Positions 8,787 to 18,562 of a DNA stretch of 64,000 nt are shown here, piece by piece. This stretch comes from Candidatus Latescibacterota bacterium (GTDB taxonomy: Bacteria > Latescibacterota > UBA2968 > UBA8231): the NCBI GenBank assembly GCA_965261395.1, contig OZ253462.1, forward strand, positions 3,104,001 through 3,168,000, read 5' to 3'. Each line of letters begins with the position of its first letter. The stretch's first letter is position 1. Under the pieces are notes generated by a model. It worked only from the letters and a program-made list of their open reading frames with translations. It was not told where the DNA came from and searched no databases. Made by a program: the position numbers and the translations under genes.

Positions 8787-9644
8787 ATGCAAGACCTACG
8801 CATAGCCGCGGTGCAGATGAACTGCCGCGTCGCGGAACACGACCGCAATCTAGCCACTATCGAGCGCTTTGCCGAGGCGGCGGCGGCGCAAGATGTTGAT
8901 ATCGTCTGCTTTCCCGAGCTGTGCGTGTGTGGGTACAACGCCGGCGACACCTCGACACCGGAGCCCGAGCCGCTCGAAGGTGAATCGCTCCGCAGGCTCG
9001 AAGAGATCTCACGCAACTTCCAGATCACCCTGCTGGCCGGTATCCTTGAACGGGACGCCAGTGGCATCGTTTACAACACGCAGGTCGCCTGCGGCCCCGA
9101 GGGATACGTCGGCCGCTATCGCAAGACGCACGTCCCTGATTCCGAGATCGGCACTTGGCGCCACGGCGATGATCTGCCGGTGTTCGACCATGCAAAGGCC
9201 CGCTACGGTGTTGAGATCTGTTACGATTCTCACTTCCCGGAGTTGAGCACCCTGCTGGCGGAAAAGGGAGCCGAGGTGATCTTCCTGCCCCATGCCTCGC
9301 CGGGGGAGACCCCCGCAGACAAGCGGGCTCGCTGGATGCGCTACGTTCCCGCCCGCGCGTACGACAACAACGTGTACGTCGCTATTTGCAATAACGTCGG
9401 CGACAACGGGGCCGGCCGCACTTTTTCGGGAGTGACCTTCATCTGCGATCCCCTCGGTGCGGTCATTGCCGAGGGGCAGAGCGGCAGCGAAGAGGAGATG
9501 ATCGTCGCCGACTTGAGTGCGTCGATGATAGCGGAGAGTCGCAGGAAGACGCTGATGTTCTTCCGCCATTACCGACGGCCCGAGATGTACCGGCGCTGGG
9601 AGAATGAGATTAGGTCCGGTAGCGCGGACCAGGAGGGGAGCTGA
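8787..9644 (+). CDS. nitrilase-related carbon-nitrogen hydrolase
   Basis: FPEL, YRKTH, ICYD, ARAYDN, RRPEMY; AGGAGG SD before the ATG at 8787. Confidence 0.88.
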   Translation: MQDLRIAAVQMNCRVAEHDRNLATIERFAEAAAAQDVDIVCFPELCVCGYNAGDTSTPEPEPLEGESLRRLEEISRNFQITLLAGILERDASGIVYNTQVACGPEGYVGRYRKTHVPDSEIGTWRHGDDLPVFDHAKARYGVEICYDSHFPELSTLLAEKGAEVIFLPHASPGETPADKRARWMRYVPARAYDNNVYVAICNNVGDNGAGRTFSGVTFICDPLGAVIAEGQSGSEEEMIVADLSASMIAESRRKTLMFFRHYRRPEMYRRWENEIRSGSADQEGS

Positions 9645-9648
9645 AACG

Positions 9649-10788
9649 ATGATCAAATCCGTCCTATTCCGTGAAGACAATGTGTACAAGGCCTTCCCCG
9701 ATCTCGTCGAATGCGGCGACGGCACTTGGGTATGCGTGTACCGGGAGAGTCTCGGGCACACCGCCCGCCCTTTCGGCCGCATCGCCTGCCACCTAAGCCG
9801 CGACGGCGGCCGCACTTGGAGCGAGAAGGCCATCGTCGACGAGGTGACCGACCCGGAGACCGAGGGCCGCCTGAACAACCCGCGTCTGCTCGCCCTCGAC
9901 GACTCCGAGTTGCTGATTATCTGCGACCTGCTGCCCCGCCTCGAGCCGGAGCACCATCCCGATTCGGAGATCCTCATCTACCGCTCGACCGACTCGGGGC
10001 GCACCTGGAGCGCGCGCGCCTCCACCGGGATTAGGGGCCACATCTGTCCGTGCATATTCCGCACCAAGGCCGGCGAGATTATCATCGGTGCCGACCGCGT
10101 TGGGCCGGGGGACGACCGCGACGTGGTCTGGCTCCACAACGCCTTCACCTCGACCGACGGTGGATGGACTTGGGGGCCGGCAATCCACGTCTGCTCCGAC
10201 CCGGAGCTGTGGCTCAACGAAGGGACCTATGTCGAACTGGACGACGGTACCCTAGTCTGCTACCTGCGCGAGGATTTGCAGCGCGCCATTGGGCACAAGG
10301 CGATTTCGCAGGACGGCGGCAAAACCTGGTCCGGCCCATACCCCACCTTCCTCACCTGCTGCGTCGGGAGGCCGCGGGCCGGTATCCTACAGAGTGGCGA
10401 GGTTGCGATCGTCCACGGCTTCCAGCGCTTGACGCCGCCGCGCAATCTCGTGCTCCACGTCGAGACCCAAGCGATTGCCGCGGACCCGGACTGCACCGCT
10501 AACTACGCCCGCCAAGCTGGCCACCGGTATTTCTTTATAGACCACGACCGCAGCATCCACTGCGACGGTGCCTACTCCGGCTGGGTGCAGAGGCCATCCG
10601 GGGACCTATTCGTGGTGCAGTACATCAACGACGACGGCCCCTATGCCCACATCCGCAGCTACGAGATTGGCCGCTCCGACTGGATCCTCTGTCCCGAGGG
10701 GGATCTGCTGCTGGAGCCGCCGCGTTGGCCTGGGTACGTCGACAGGGCCGCGGCGGCGAGTGGGGAGCTGTACGGAGCGGGGCGCTAG
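9649..10788 (+). CDS. BNR/Asp-box sialidase-like protein
   Basis: Four Asp-boxes: SRDGGRTW, STDSGRTW, STDGGWTW, SQDGGKTW. Confidence 0.8.
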   Translation: MIKSVLFREDNVYKAFPDLVECGDGTWVCVYRESLGHTARPFGRIACHLSRDGGRTWSEKAIVDEVTDPETEGRLNNPRLLALDDSELLIICDLLPRLEPEHHPDSEILIYRSTDSGRTWSARASTGIRGHICPCIFRTKAGEIIIGADRVGPGDDRDVVWLHNAFTSTDGGWTWGPAIHVCSDPELWLNEGTYVELDDGTLVCYLREDLQRAIGHKAISQDGGKTWSGPYPTFLTCCVGRPRAGILQSGEVAIVHGFQRLTPPRNLVLHVETQAIAADPDCTANYARQAGHRYFFIDHDRSIHCDGAYSGWVQRPSGDLFVVQYINDDGPYAHIRSYEIGRSDWILCPEGDLLLEPPRWPGYVDRAAAASGELYGAGR

Positions 10789-10895
10789 CCGATCCCGAGT
10801 GCTGCAAGAACCGTTTCGCATGCAGGGGAAGCACTTGATCGCGTAACTTGTCTGTGATTAATTTTTGTGTAACTATATGTGTTGGAGGTAACACA

Positions 10896-11096
10896 ATGGC
10901 GACGAACTTGGCGATAGATCCAAAACTGCTCGACAAGGCGCTGGAAATCAGCGGCGAGAAGACCAAGAAGGCGACCGTCAACCGCGCCTTGCGGGAGTTC
11001 ATCGCACGGCGAGAGCAGGAACGGCTTTTGGATCTTTTTGGTAAACTCGACTGGGACGACGGCTTTGACTACAAACGCGAACGGTGCCGTGGGTGA
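10896..11096 (+). CDS. vapB: VapB-family antitoxin
   Basis: MATNLAIDPKLLDKALEISGEKTKKATVNRALREFI; GGAGGT SD. Confidence 0.85.
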   Translation: MATNLAIDPKLLDKALEISGEKTKKATVNRALREFIARREQERLLDLFGKLDWDDGFDYKRERCRG

Positions 11097-11500
11097 CGTT
11101 GTTTGTGGACACGAGCGTTTGGTCGCTGGCCTTGCGGCGGGATGCGGCACCCGAAGGGCCCGAGGTGCAGCGCCTGCGGGAGGCGCTCAGTAGTGGCGAA
11201 TCGATTTACACGACCGGAATCGTTTTGCAGGAGTTGTTACAGGGCTTTCGGGGGCCGCGAGACAAGACGCGGATCGTCGAACGGTTTGAGGCGCTCGCCA
11301 TGATTATGCCCGTGCGTGACGACTACATTGACGCAGCCGCGTTGCGCAACGAGTGTCGCCGCCACGGCATTCAGACTGGAACCATCGACGCGCTGCTCGC
11401 CCAGATCTGCATTCGCCACAAACTGGTTATGTTGGCGACCGATCTCGATTTCAGCCACATGACAAAGTGGACGCCGCTTCAGCTTTGGTGCGCCCGATGA
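11093..11500 (+). CDS. vapC: VapC PIN-domain toxin
   Basis: VDTSVW, QELLQG, TIDALLAQ, ATDLDF; GTGA overlap with the vapB stop. Confidence 0.88.
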   Translation: MTLFVDTSVWSLALRRDAAPEGPEVQRLREALSSGESIYTTGIVLQELLQGFRGPRDKTRIVERFEALAMIMPVRDDYIDAAALRNECRRHGIQTGTIDALLAQICIRHKLVMLATDLDFSHMTKWTPLQLWCAR

Positions 11501-11612
11501 TCTTCTATACGGAGAAGAGCACAAGTACCTGTCGTGGGAGATGGATGGCTTTTGTAGGATGGTGGTCAATCGACACCCCTTCACTGGCCAATAATTTTAA
11601 CAGGAGACGACC

Positions 11613-13172
11613 ATGGCTCGTTTACAAGACGTCAATACCACGGATGTGCGCAGCGCCATTGAATTGGGTTGCCGCACCATGTCGAGCGTCTTCAATGCCG
11701 ACGACAACGATATACCCTTTTTCGGCTCGTACGTGCGCCCCCAAGCCGAACTGCGCTTCAGCGCCGCGCATTCGGAGGCGCACGTGCCCGGTCGTCACCT
11801 CAACGCCTTGCTCAACGCCGAAGACGCGGCGGGCGTCGAAGTGGATGAAGCGGCGATTGAAAAACATGCGGCCGCCGCTTTCTATTCGTACAGCGGCCCC
11901 ATCTCCATGCCGCTCAACCGGGCCGAGTTGGGTGGGCCGCTGGTCAACTTCATCCCGCACAATATTCGCGAGGGCTTCCACGCGCTCTATCCGCTGGTGC
12001 AGTACCGCGACTCGGACCAGGCACGGCAGTTGGCTGAGGCCAGCATCGAGGCGTTTCGCCGCTACTGGTCCGCTGATGAAGGGTGGGACCGACCGGCGCT
12101 ACAGGGGCTGGGGCTGGAGGCTTGGGAGAGTTTGTTCATTCCAGGGGAAGCCCGGACTTTGGGGCCTTTGGTCAAGTACTATCGGGCCACTGGCTATGGG
12201 CCGGCGTTGGAGTTGGCCTTGGAATTGGCAGAGAAGATTACGGGTGAGTTCTTCACCGCGGACGGCGGCCACGACCGGGAACTGCTCGGCGACCACACGC
12301 ACTCGGTCACCTGCGTCATGTCGTCGTTGGCGCAATTGGCCGATCTGACGGGCGACGCAGCGCTCCTGCTGCGCGTCAAGGCTTTTTACGATAATGGCCT
12401 GTGGGCCATGCGCGACCCGTTGGGTTGGGTCGTCGAAAGCACGCATCCCGATGCACCGCCCGACCGCGGCGAGGTCAACAATACCGGCGATATCGTCGAG
12501 ACTGCGCTGATCCTGGGGCGTTGGGGCTGGAGCGAGTACTTCCAGGATGCCGAGCGCATTGTGCGCGGCCATATGCTGCCGTCGCAACTGCGCGACATTT
12601 CTTTTATTGACGAACCGCCCAACCCCGAGGGCGTGGATGGTCTGCGCGATGTGGCCCAACGGCACCGGGGGGCTTTCGGCTTTCCAGCGCCGTACGGCCA
12701 TCAACCTGTTGAAGCCGAGACTGTTGGCTTCAATATGGATATTGTCGGCGGAGCGGTGGCGTCTTTGTGCGAGGTGTACCGGGAGGTGGTGCACAGCGGC
12801 CCGGCGGGGCACCGGGTCAATTTGCTCTTTGATCACGAGACCGAGGCCGTGCGCGTCGAATCCCCCTATACCCATGACGTCTTGTGCGTCGAGGTTAAGC
12901 AGCCGGGGCCGTTGTGGGTGCGCCTGCCTAGTTGGGTAACACCGTCTGACTTAACGGTAGAGGGGGCCGCGCCGCCGCGTATAGATAGTGGGTTCCTTTT
13001 CTTTGCCCAACCGCCTTTGCACGCGCCGATTGAGATCCGCTTCGACCTAGCCGAAGAAGAGTTAGTCCTGCGGCATCGAACTCGTTCCATCTGCGCTCGG
13101 CTGCGTGGCGACGAGGTGGTGGCGATGGATGACTTCGGTGCTGACCTGACCTTTTTTTCGTCGTTTGATTAA
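11613..13172 (+). CDS. putative (alpha/alpha)6-barrel protein, GH127-like, paralogue A
   Basis: HTHSVTC, GEVNNTGD, AERIVRGHMLPSQ and a C-terminal beta-sandwich (LWVRLPSW); AGGAG SD. Confidence 0.55.
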   Translation: MARLQDVNTTDVRSAIELGCRTMSSVFNADDNDIPFFGSYVRPQAELRFSAAHSEAHVPGRHLNALLNAEDAAGVEVDEAAIEKHAAAAFYSYSGPISMPLNRAELGGPLVNFIPHNIREGFHALYPLVQYRDSDQARQLAEASIEAFRRYWSADEGWDRPALQGLGLEAWESLFIPGEARTLGPLVKYYRATGYGPALELALELAEKITGEFFTADGGHDRELLGDHTHSVTCVMSSLAQLADLTGDAALLLRVKAFYDNGLWAMRDPLGWVVESTHPDAPPDRGEVNNTGDIVETALILGRWGWSEYFQDAERIVRGHMLPSQLRDISFIDEPPNPEGVDGLRDVAQRHRGAFGFPAPYGHQPVEAETVGFNMDIVGGAVASLCEVYREVVHSGPAGHRVNLLFDHETEAVRVESPYTHDVLCVEVKQPGPLWVRLPSWVTPSDLTVEGAAPPRIDSGFLFFAQPPLHAPIEIRFDLAEEELVLRHRTRSICARLRGDEVVAMDDFGADLTFFSSFD

Positions 13173-13184
13173 AAGCAATGTATC

Positions 13185-13212
13185 CGCAGATAAACGCAGA
13201 TAAACGCAGATA
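13185..13212 (+). repeat. 10-nt tandem repeat (CGCAGATAAA) x about 2.8
   Basis: CGCAGATAAA CGCAGATAAA CGCAGATA in intergenic DNA. Confidence 0.85.
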
Positions 13213-13320
13213 CGGGATGTGGTGTGGGCAACTGCCCCTACATGGTTTGGTCCCCGTGGATTCGGGCGATATATTAGCGCCCCCTATCGCAGCAGCGCAA
13301 TCGCGCTAAGGAGGATGAAC

Positions 13321-14175
13321 ATGGCGAAAATCAAGCGGCCTAAAATCTATCATCTGTGCTCCCTCGGTACTCTGGGGGGATACGGCGGCAAGAAGGGCGA
13401 GTGGAGTACGGCCCAAAAGCTTAAAAAAATAAAAAACGCTGGTTTCGACGGCTTTGTGGGACGCACCTTTATGGTGACCCCGGACGAAGTGGCCGCCTCG
13501 GGTTTGGTTTTTGCCTGTACCACTGACTTGGGCGGCATCCGCGAGATCAAGCCCAAGTTGCGCGAAATTAAGGCGGCGGGAGCGCGCTGCGTCAACGTGC
13601 AAATGCTCAACCACGATACGCTTACCCCTCGGGCCGTGGAGGTCGCGCGGCACCTGATGGCCGCGGCCGAAGACTTGGAGATGGACGTAGCCGTGGAAGT
13701 CCACCGCGATACTTGCACGGAAACGCCGGAAAAAGCCTATGCCTTGGCCGCCGGTTACGAGAAGGCGGAGGAGAAGCCGCTGAAAATGACTTGGGACTTT
13801 TCCCATCCGGCGGTGATTAAGCATTTGTCGCCGCCCTATTGGGAGCGCCTAGCCGAGCGCGTCGATCTGATTCAGCTAGCGCAACAGTTCCACTTTAGGC
13901 CCTTTAACGGGCACCACGCCATGATTCCGGCCATTGACCACAAGGGCAAGATCATTCCCGAATTCGTCGATTGGCTGGAATTTGCCGAGCAGGTCATGGC
14001 CTGTTGGCTGGAAGCAGCCGAGCCGGGCCGGGAAATGTTCGCTTGCCCCGAGCAGATTGCCGGCGGCTATCATCTGTCGGTTTTTCCCGACCGCTGGAAG
14101 GACGTGCAGGTGGTGCGGCGCGAGTTGGATAGGGTGTGGAAGAGGCAATTGAAGAAGTGGAAGGCACCGGCTTAG
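13321..14175 (+). CDS. xylose-isomerase-like TIM barrel (sugar phosphate isomerase/epimerase family)
   Basis: EVHRDT, WDFSH, FHFRP, CPE metal-ligand pattern; AAGGAGG SD. Confidence 0.7.
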   Translation: MAKIKRPKIYHLCSLGTLGGYGGKKGEWSTAQKLKKIKNAGFDGFVGRTFMVTPDEVAASGLVFACTTDLGGIREIKPKLREIKAAGARCVNVQMLNHDTLTPRAVEVARHLMAAAEDLEMDVAVEVHRDTCTETPEKAYALAAGYEKAEEKPLKMTWDFSHPAVIKHLSPPYWERLAERVDLIQLAQQFHFRPFNGHHAMIPAIDHKGKIIPEFVDWLEFAEQVMACWLEAAEPGREMFACPEQIAGGYHLSVFPDRWKDVQVVRRELDRVWKRQLKKWKAPA

Positions 14176-14197
14176 CGCGAGAAGGGTACTTAACCCT

Positions 14198-15157
14198 GTG
14201 CAGATAAGCGTCGAGACGCCTCCTTTGGACTCCGGCCTGACCGAGGATTTGATCGATTTTTGGGACGGGATTTTCGGGGCCGCTTACCAGCCTGACCGCT
14301 CTGTGTACGCCGGTGATGAACGCCCCTTTAACCGCGATACGTTCTATCTCTTAGAGCAGGGGGGATGCACAGTCGGCAGCAGTCATTTAACCATGGCGGT
14401 GGGCAACCCAGAACTGGGTGGCTTGGGCGAGGTGGGGACCGCGCCCCAATGTCGCGGCAAGGGCATTGCCAGCCGCTTGTGCCGGGCGGCGCACGACGAT
14501 TTTTTGGCCGCGGGGGGACAGGCCCTGTTTCTGGGCACGGTCAACCCGGTTGCGGCCCGCATTTACCACCGCTTGGGTTGGTGCAAGCTGCCTGGTTCTA
14601 CTATCTGGGCTTTGATCGCCAGCGGGGAATCGCCCGAGTCTTTTCTGGTAGATTACTTTAGGGCTAGTGATGAGGTCGGGGTTGAGCCGGGGACGCCGGC
14701 CCAGCGCGTGCCTATGATCCCCTTGATTGCCACGCCGCACGACTGGCGGGTACTCGACGCTAATGTCGAATTGTACTCGACCCGCTACCTCGAACAGAAT
14801 TCCTGTATGGGGCTGTACCCGCGCTACGCCGAGCTGGTCGAACAAGGCACCGGTGCTTGGTTTGCCGCCCGCACCCGAGATGGGCGCTTGGTGGGTTTGG
14901 CCAGTGCGCGGCCCGACGGAGCGGGCGCTTGTCAGGTGGATGGTTTTGTCCACGGTCGCTACGCAGGGACTTGGGCCAATTTGATGCGGGCGGCCATGGA
15001 CTGGGCCGGAGGGCGCTGCTGGGTGCGGCTCTGCGTCGAGGACGAGGAAAAAGGCGCTTGGTTGAAGGACTTGGGTTTTGTGGACGGAGGGCCGGGCGAG
15101 CCGTTTGTCATGGGGGATCGGACCGTTGAGGCCGTGCGCTTGGTCGCCGGTGTTTGA
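14198..15157 (+). CDS. GNAT-family N-acetyltransferase
   Basis: VGTAPQCRGKGIA acetyl-CoA motif A; NPVAARIYHRLGW. Confidence 0.8.
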   Translation: MQISVETPPLDSGLTEDLIDFWDGIFGAAYQPDRSVYAGDERPFNRDTFYLLEQGGCTVGSSHLTMAVGNPELGGLGEVGTAPQCRGKGIASRLCRAAHDDFLAAGGQALFLGTVNPVAARIYHRLGWCKLPGSTIWALIASGESPESFLVDYFRASDEVGVEPGTPAQRVPMIPLIATPHDWRVLDANVELYSTRYLEQNSCMGLYPRYAELVEQGTGAWFAARTRDGRLVGLASARPDGAGACQVDGFVHGRYAGTWANLMRAAMDWAGGRCWVRLCVEDEEKGAWLKDLGFVDGGPGEPFVMGDRTVEAVRLVAGV

Positions 15158-15166
15158 GGAAAGGCC

Positions 15167-16753
15167 ATGGTACAACTGCACGATGTGAATACCACAGATA
15201 TCGGCGACGCCATTCGCTTGGGTTGCCAAGCCATGGGCCGGGCTTTCAATGCCGATGACGCCGATATACCCTACGGAGGAGCGCAGGTGCGGCCCGAAGC
15301 CTTTTTGGGCGGCAGCATGGAAGGCCATATGCCGGGTCGTCTCTTGAACGCTATGCTGGCGGCTGAGGACGCCACGGGTTTGGACTTGGACGAAGAGGAG
15401 ATCGACAAGCATGCCCGTGCGGCTTTTTTCTCGTACAGCCGGGCACCTCTGCCCTTGCAGCGCATCGGCCAGCACACCAAGGGCGAGGGCGACCCCATTG
15501 AACTGCAAGAGCACAATTTGCGCGAGGGGTTCCACGCCCTCTACGCCTTAGCTGCTTTCCGCGAGTCCGAGCGGGCTATGGAATTGGCTGCGGCTAGCAT
15601 TGAGTTGCTGTTTGATTATTGGGTGCCCAATGAGCAATGGGATCGCGTCCGCCTCAAACGCGACACGCCGGTGCGCCTCCGCGATTCCGGCGAGACGACC
15701 TTCATCCAAGGGCCGGCGCGCGCCATTGGGCCGCTGGTCAAATTGTACCAAGTGACCGGGTACCAACCGGCCTTGGATTTGGCCACTCTGCTCAAGGACA
15801 AAGCCGTGCGCGAATTCTTTCTCGACGACGGCTCCTTTGCCACCGAGCGCTTTGGTCTGCACGTGCATTCGACCACTTGTGTGATGTCGTCGCTGGCTCA
15901 GCTAGCCGAATGCACTGGGGACGCCGGGCTAATGCAGCGAGTCAAGCGGTTCTACGATGGCGGCCTGTGGGATTTGCGCGATCAGATCGGCTGGTCCATT
16001 GAGGTATCGACCCGACCCCCGCCCTGTCGTCGGGGCGAGGCCAACAATACCGGCGATATTATCGAGACCGCGCTCATCTTGGGGCGCTGGGGCCACCCCG
16101 AGTACTACGCCGATGCCGAGCGCATGTTGCGCAGCCATTTGCTGCCGTCGCAATTGCGCGATGTCTCGTTTATCGTCGAGCCAGATAATCCCGAGGGGGT
16201 TGATGGCAAGCGCGAGGTGGCGCACAGGCTGCGCGGCGGCTTTGGTTTCCCTGCCCCCCACGGACACGAGCCGCTGGGCATCTGGCAATCGAACAAGCCG
16301 CGCATTGGCTTCAATATTGACATTGTCGGCGGGTCCGTAGGCTCGTTAGCCTCGGCGTACAAGGCGGTGATGCGCCGCGATGGAGCGGGGCATTGGGTGG
16401 ATATGCTATTCGACTGCGAGACCGAGGCCCTTGAAGTGCAGTCGCCCTATACGCATCCGCGCCTAGCGGTCAAAGTCAAGCAGCCGGGAGCACTGCACGT
16501 GCGTCTGCCGCCTTGGCTCGACGGCGATTGTCTCAAAGTCGAGGGTGCTGCACATCCGATCTTGCGCGACGGCTATGCGGTGATTGAGAATCCGCCCGTG
16601 GGAAGCTGGATCAGTCTTGCGTTTGACTTGCCCGTCCACGAGACGACCCTGACGTGGCGGGACAGCGCCATCCGCGCGCGGCTGTGCGGCGACGAAGTGG
16701 TGGCGATGGATAACTTCGGTACGGATCTGACCTTTTTCCCGCCGTTTGATTGA
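15167..16753 (+). CDS. putative (alpha/alpha)6-barrel protein, GH127-like, paralogue B
   Basis: Full-length paralogue of 11613-13172 (DVNTTD..AI.LGC, HN.REGFHALY, HS.TCVMSSLAQLA, DLTFF..FD). Confidence 0.55.
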   Translation: MVQLHDVNTTDIGDAIRLGCQAMGRAFNADDADIPYGGAQVRPEAFLGGSMEGHMPGRLLNAMLAAEDATGLDLDEEEIDKHARAAFFSYSRAPLPLQRIGQHTKGEGDPIELQEHNLREGFHALYALAAFRESERAMELAAASIELLFDYWVPNEQWDRVRLKRDTPVRLRDSGETTFIQGPARAIGPLVKLYQVTGYQPALDLATLLKDKAVREFFLDDGSFATERFGLHVHSTTCVMSSLAQLAECTGDAGLMQRVKRFYDGGLWDLRDQIGWSIEVSTRPPPCRRGEANNTGDIIETALILGRWGHPEYYADAERMLRSHLLPSQLRDVSFIVEPDNPEGVDGKREVAHRLRGGFGFPAPHGHEPLGIWQSNKPRIGFNIDIVGGSVGSLASAYKAVMRRDGAGHWVDMLFDCETEALEVQSPYTHPRLAVKVKQPGALHVRLPPWLDGDCLKVEGAAHPILRDGYAVIENPPVGSWISLAFDLPVHETTLTWRDSAIRARLCGDEVVAMDNFGTDLTFFPPFD

Positions 16754-16794
16754 GCCGACCCCAGCCCCTGCTATTTCACGCCTAAAGGCGCGGC

Positions 16795-18375
16795 TCAGGC
16801 AAAGTACTCCTCGTCGTCCCGCAGCGCATTGCGGTGCGGCAGATATTCGACCACCAGCTCCACCTCCGCTAGGGTCACCGGGTGAATGAGCTGGGCGTCC
16901 TTCTCCACGACCTCCACCTCCACCGTATTTATCCCCCTCTGGGGCAGGCGCTGGATCTGTTTGAGATCGATGTGCAGCCGGTACCCGTTGACCGCGTAAT
17001 CCGGCCTGGGGCGCAACTGGTAGGTCCAGTCGGCCTTGCGCCACGCGGTCTCGGGTATTTCACTGCCATTCCACTTCAGCCCGATCCGGTCCTCGTACGT
17101 CAGGTGCTGCAACAACAGGCGCAACTCGCAGCGCCACAACTCGCCGGCTCGATCCCGGCCGGCCACGTCGTCGCTCACCTCCAGCGTGAATGGCCGCGCT
17201 GGATCTCCGCACGGCAATTCGGCCGGTAGCTGTTCGGCCAGGCCATAGGCAGGGGCTGACTTGGGATTGATGGGCATGCCGAGCCGGTACTTCTTGTCGA
17301 GATTGTCCAGCAAGTCCGGATGCCCCATAAACCTCAGCCTGCCAGCCGCCTCGTCATCGTACGGATAGCGCTTGGGCTCTGGGTAATAAGTGTGGAAGAA
17401 CACGCCGTGGACCCCAGCGGCATAGGCATTGGTTGCCGCGGCCCGCACTGCCAGCCGGGAAAGCTCGGGGTTATTGGTCGATTCCATACCCGCCAACACC
17501 TGCACATCCCCACCTTCGGCCGCGGCAACAATGGTCCGCAATCCAGTGGTGTCGTTTGCAAAACCACCGACGATCTGCATGCAGATCAGCGCGTCGACGA
17601 TCCCCTCCTCGATCCAGGTCTCCACGTCCATCCCCATGCGCTTGTTGCCGTCTAGGGTCGCGCCTATGCGGACCACCAACCGCTTGGGACGATCCTGCTC
17701 TGCGGCCGCCCGGTCGCAGACCCGGCGTATTTCCCGCATCCACTCGGTCAAGGTCTCGGTGTGCTCGGCGACCTCCCCGCGGCCGATAAACGGCGCGTAG
17801 TCGTGCATGTTCAGCTCAATGCCGTCGCCGGGGTAATCCCCGACCAACTCGGCGATCACCGCCAGCCGGTCGGCCCGTACTTCGGGTACGGCAAAGGATA
17901 GCCGGTTGGGGTTGTCGAAGCGGGCCTCGGGGTACTCGGGCTCGTCGCCGACCTGCCATTCGGGATGCTCGGTGGTGAAGTCGGCCACCCGGCAATTGGT
18001 GACGCGGCCGTGCGGCGTGTGAATCATGTTCAACAGCAGGCTGGGCAGAAACTGGAAACCGCGCTGCTGCGCCCGCTGGCACACGAGCATGAGCGGGTCC
18101 GTGCCCTGTTCGATCATCAGCCTGGCGTTGTGCGCCGCCCGCCACCAAATATCGTGGTCGGTCAGGTCGACGTTGTGCCCCCAGCGCTCGCCGACCTTGG
18201 TGGCGTAGAGCAAGACGCTGCAGTCGCCCACGGCATAGGTGATGGTGTCAATGCCGAGATCAACCAGCTCGTCGATGGGCTCTAGGTACTGCTTGGCCCC
18301 CATGGGCGGCTCGTACAAGTACACGCTTGAATGGCGGCCGTCGGTGTAGAACATCACCTCGTGGGTCTTGCTCAT
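16795..18375 (-). CDS. GH10-like (GHL10/DUF187-type) TIM-barrel glycoside hydrolase-like protein
   Basis: YTDGRH, EHPEW, LSFAVPEVR, DGIEL, DVETWIEEGIVD; AGGAGG SD before the ATG at 18375. Confidence 0.6.
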   Translation of the reverse strand: MSKTHEVMFYTDGRHSSVYLYEPPMGAKQYLEPIDELVDLGIDTITYAVGDCSVLLYATKVGERWGHNVDLTDHDIWWRAAHNARLMIEQGTDPLMLVCQRAQQRGFQFLPSLLLNMIHTPHGRVTNCRVADFTTEHPEWQVGDEPEYPEARFDNPNRLSFAVPEVRADRLAVIAELVGDYPGDGIELNMHDYAPFIGRGEVAEHTETLTEWMREIRRVCDRAAAEQDRPKRLVVRIGATLDGNKRMGMDVETWIEEGIVDALICMQIVGGFANDTTGLRTIVAAAEGGDVQVLAGMESTNNPELSRLAVRAAATNAYAAGVHGVFFHTYYPEPKRYPYDDEAAGRLRFMGHPDLLDNLDKKYRLGMPINPKSAPAYGLAEQLPAELPCGDPARPFTLEVSDDVAGRDRAGELWRCELRLLLQHLTYEDRIGLKWNGSEIPETAWRKADWTYQLRPRPDYAVNGYRLHIDLKQIQRLPQRGINTVEVEVVEKDAQLIHPVTLAEVELVVEYLPHRNALRDDEEYFA

Positions 18376-18562
18376 GATCGTCCTCCTCGTCTCTTGTCTG
18401 GCGCTGCGGCCTCCTGAGCTCACAGCGCCAATTCGGTGCGTCAACAGGTGCAATTAACCCCAACCGGGCGGCGCGATCAAGTCCCTTTGGCAAGATCTTG
18501 ACCCACCAGCGACAATGCCCTATGCTTGGCCATTCGCCGCCCCCAAATGATTGAGGACGCCC

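Noticed and set aside
13185-13212. Possible CRISPR or iteron array
   Set aside because: The 10-nt units are contiguous with no spacers, and there is no cas or rep gene nearby.
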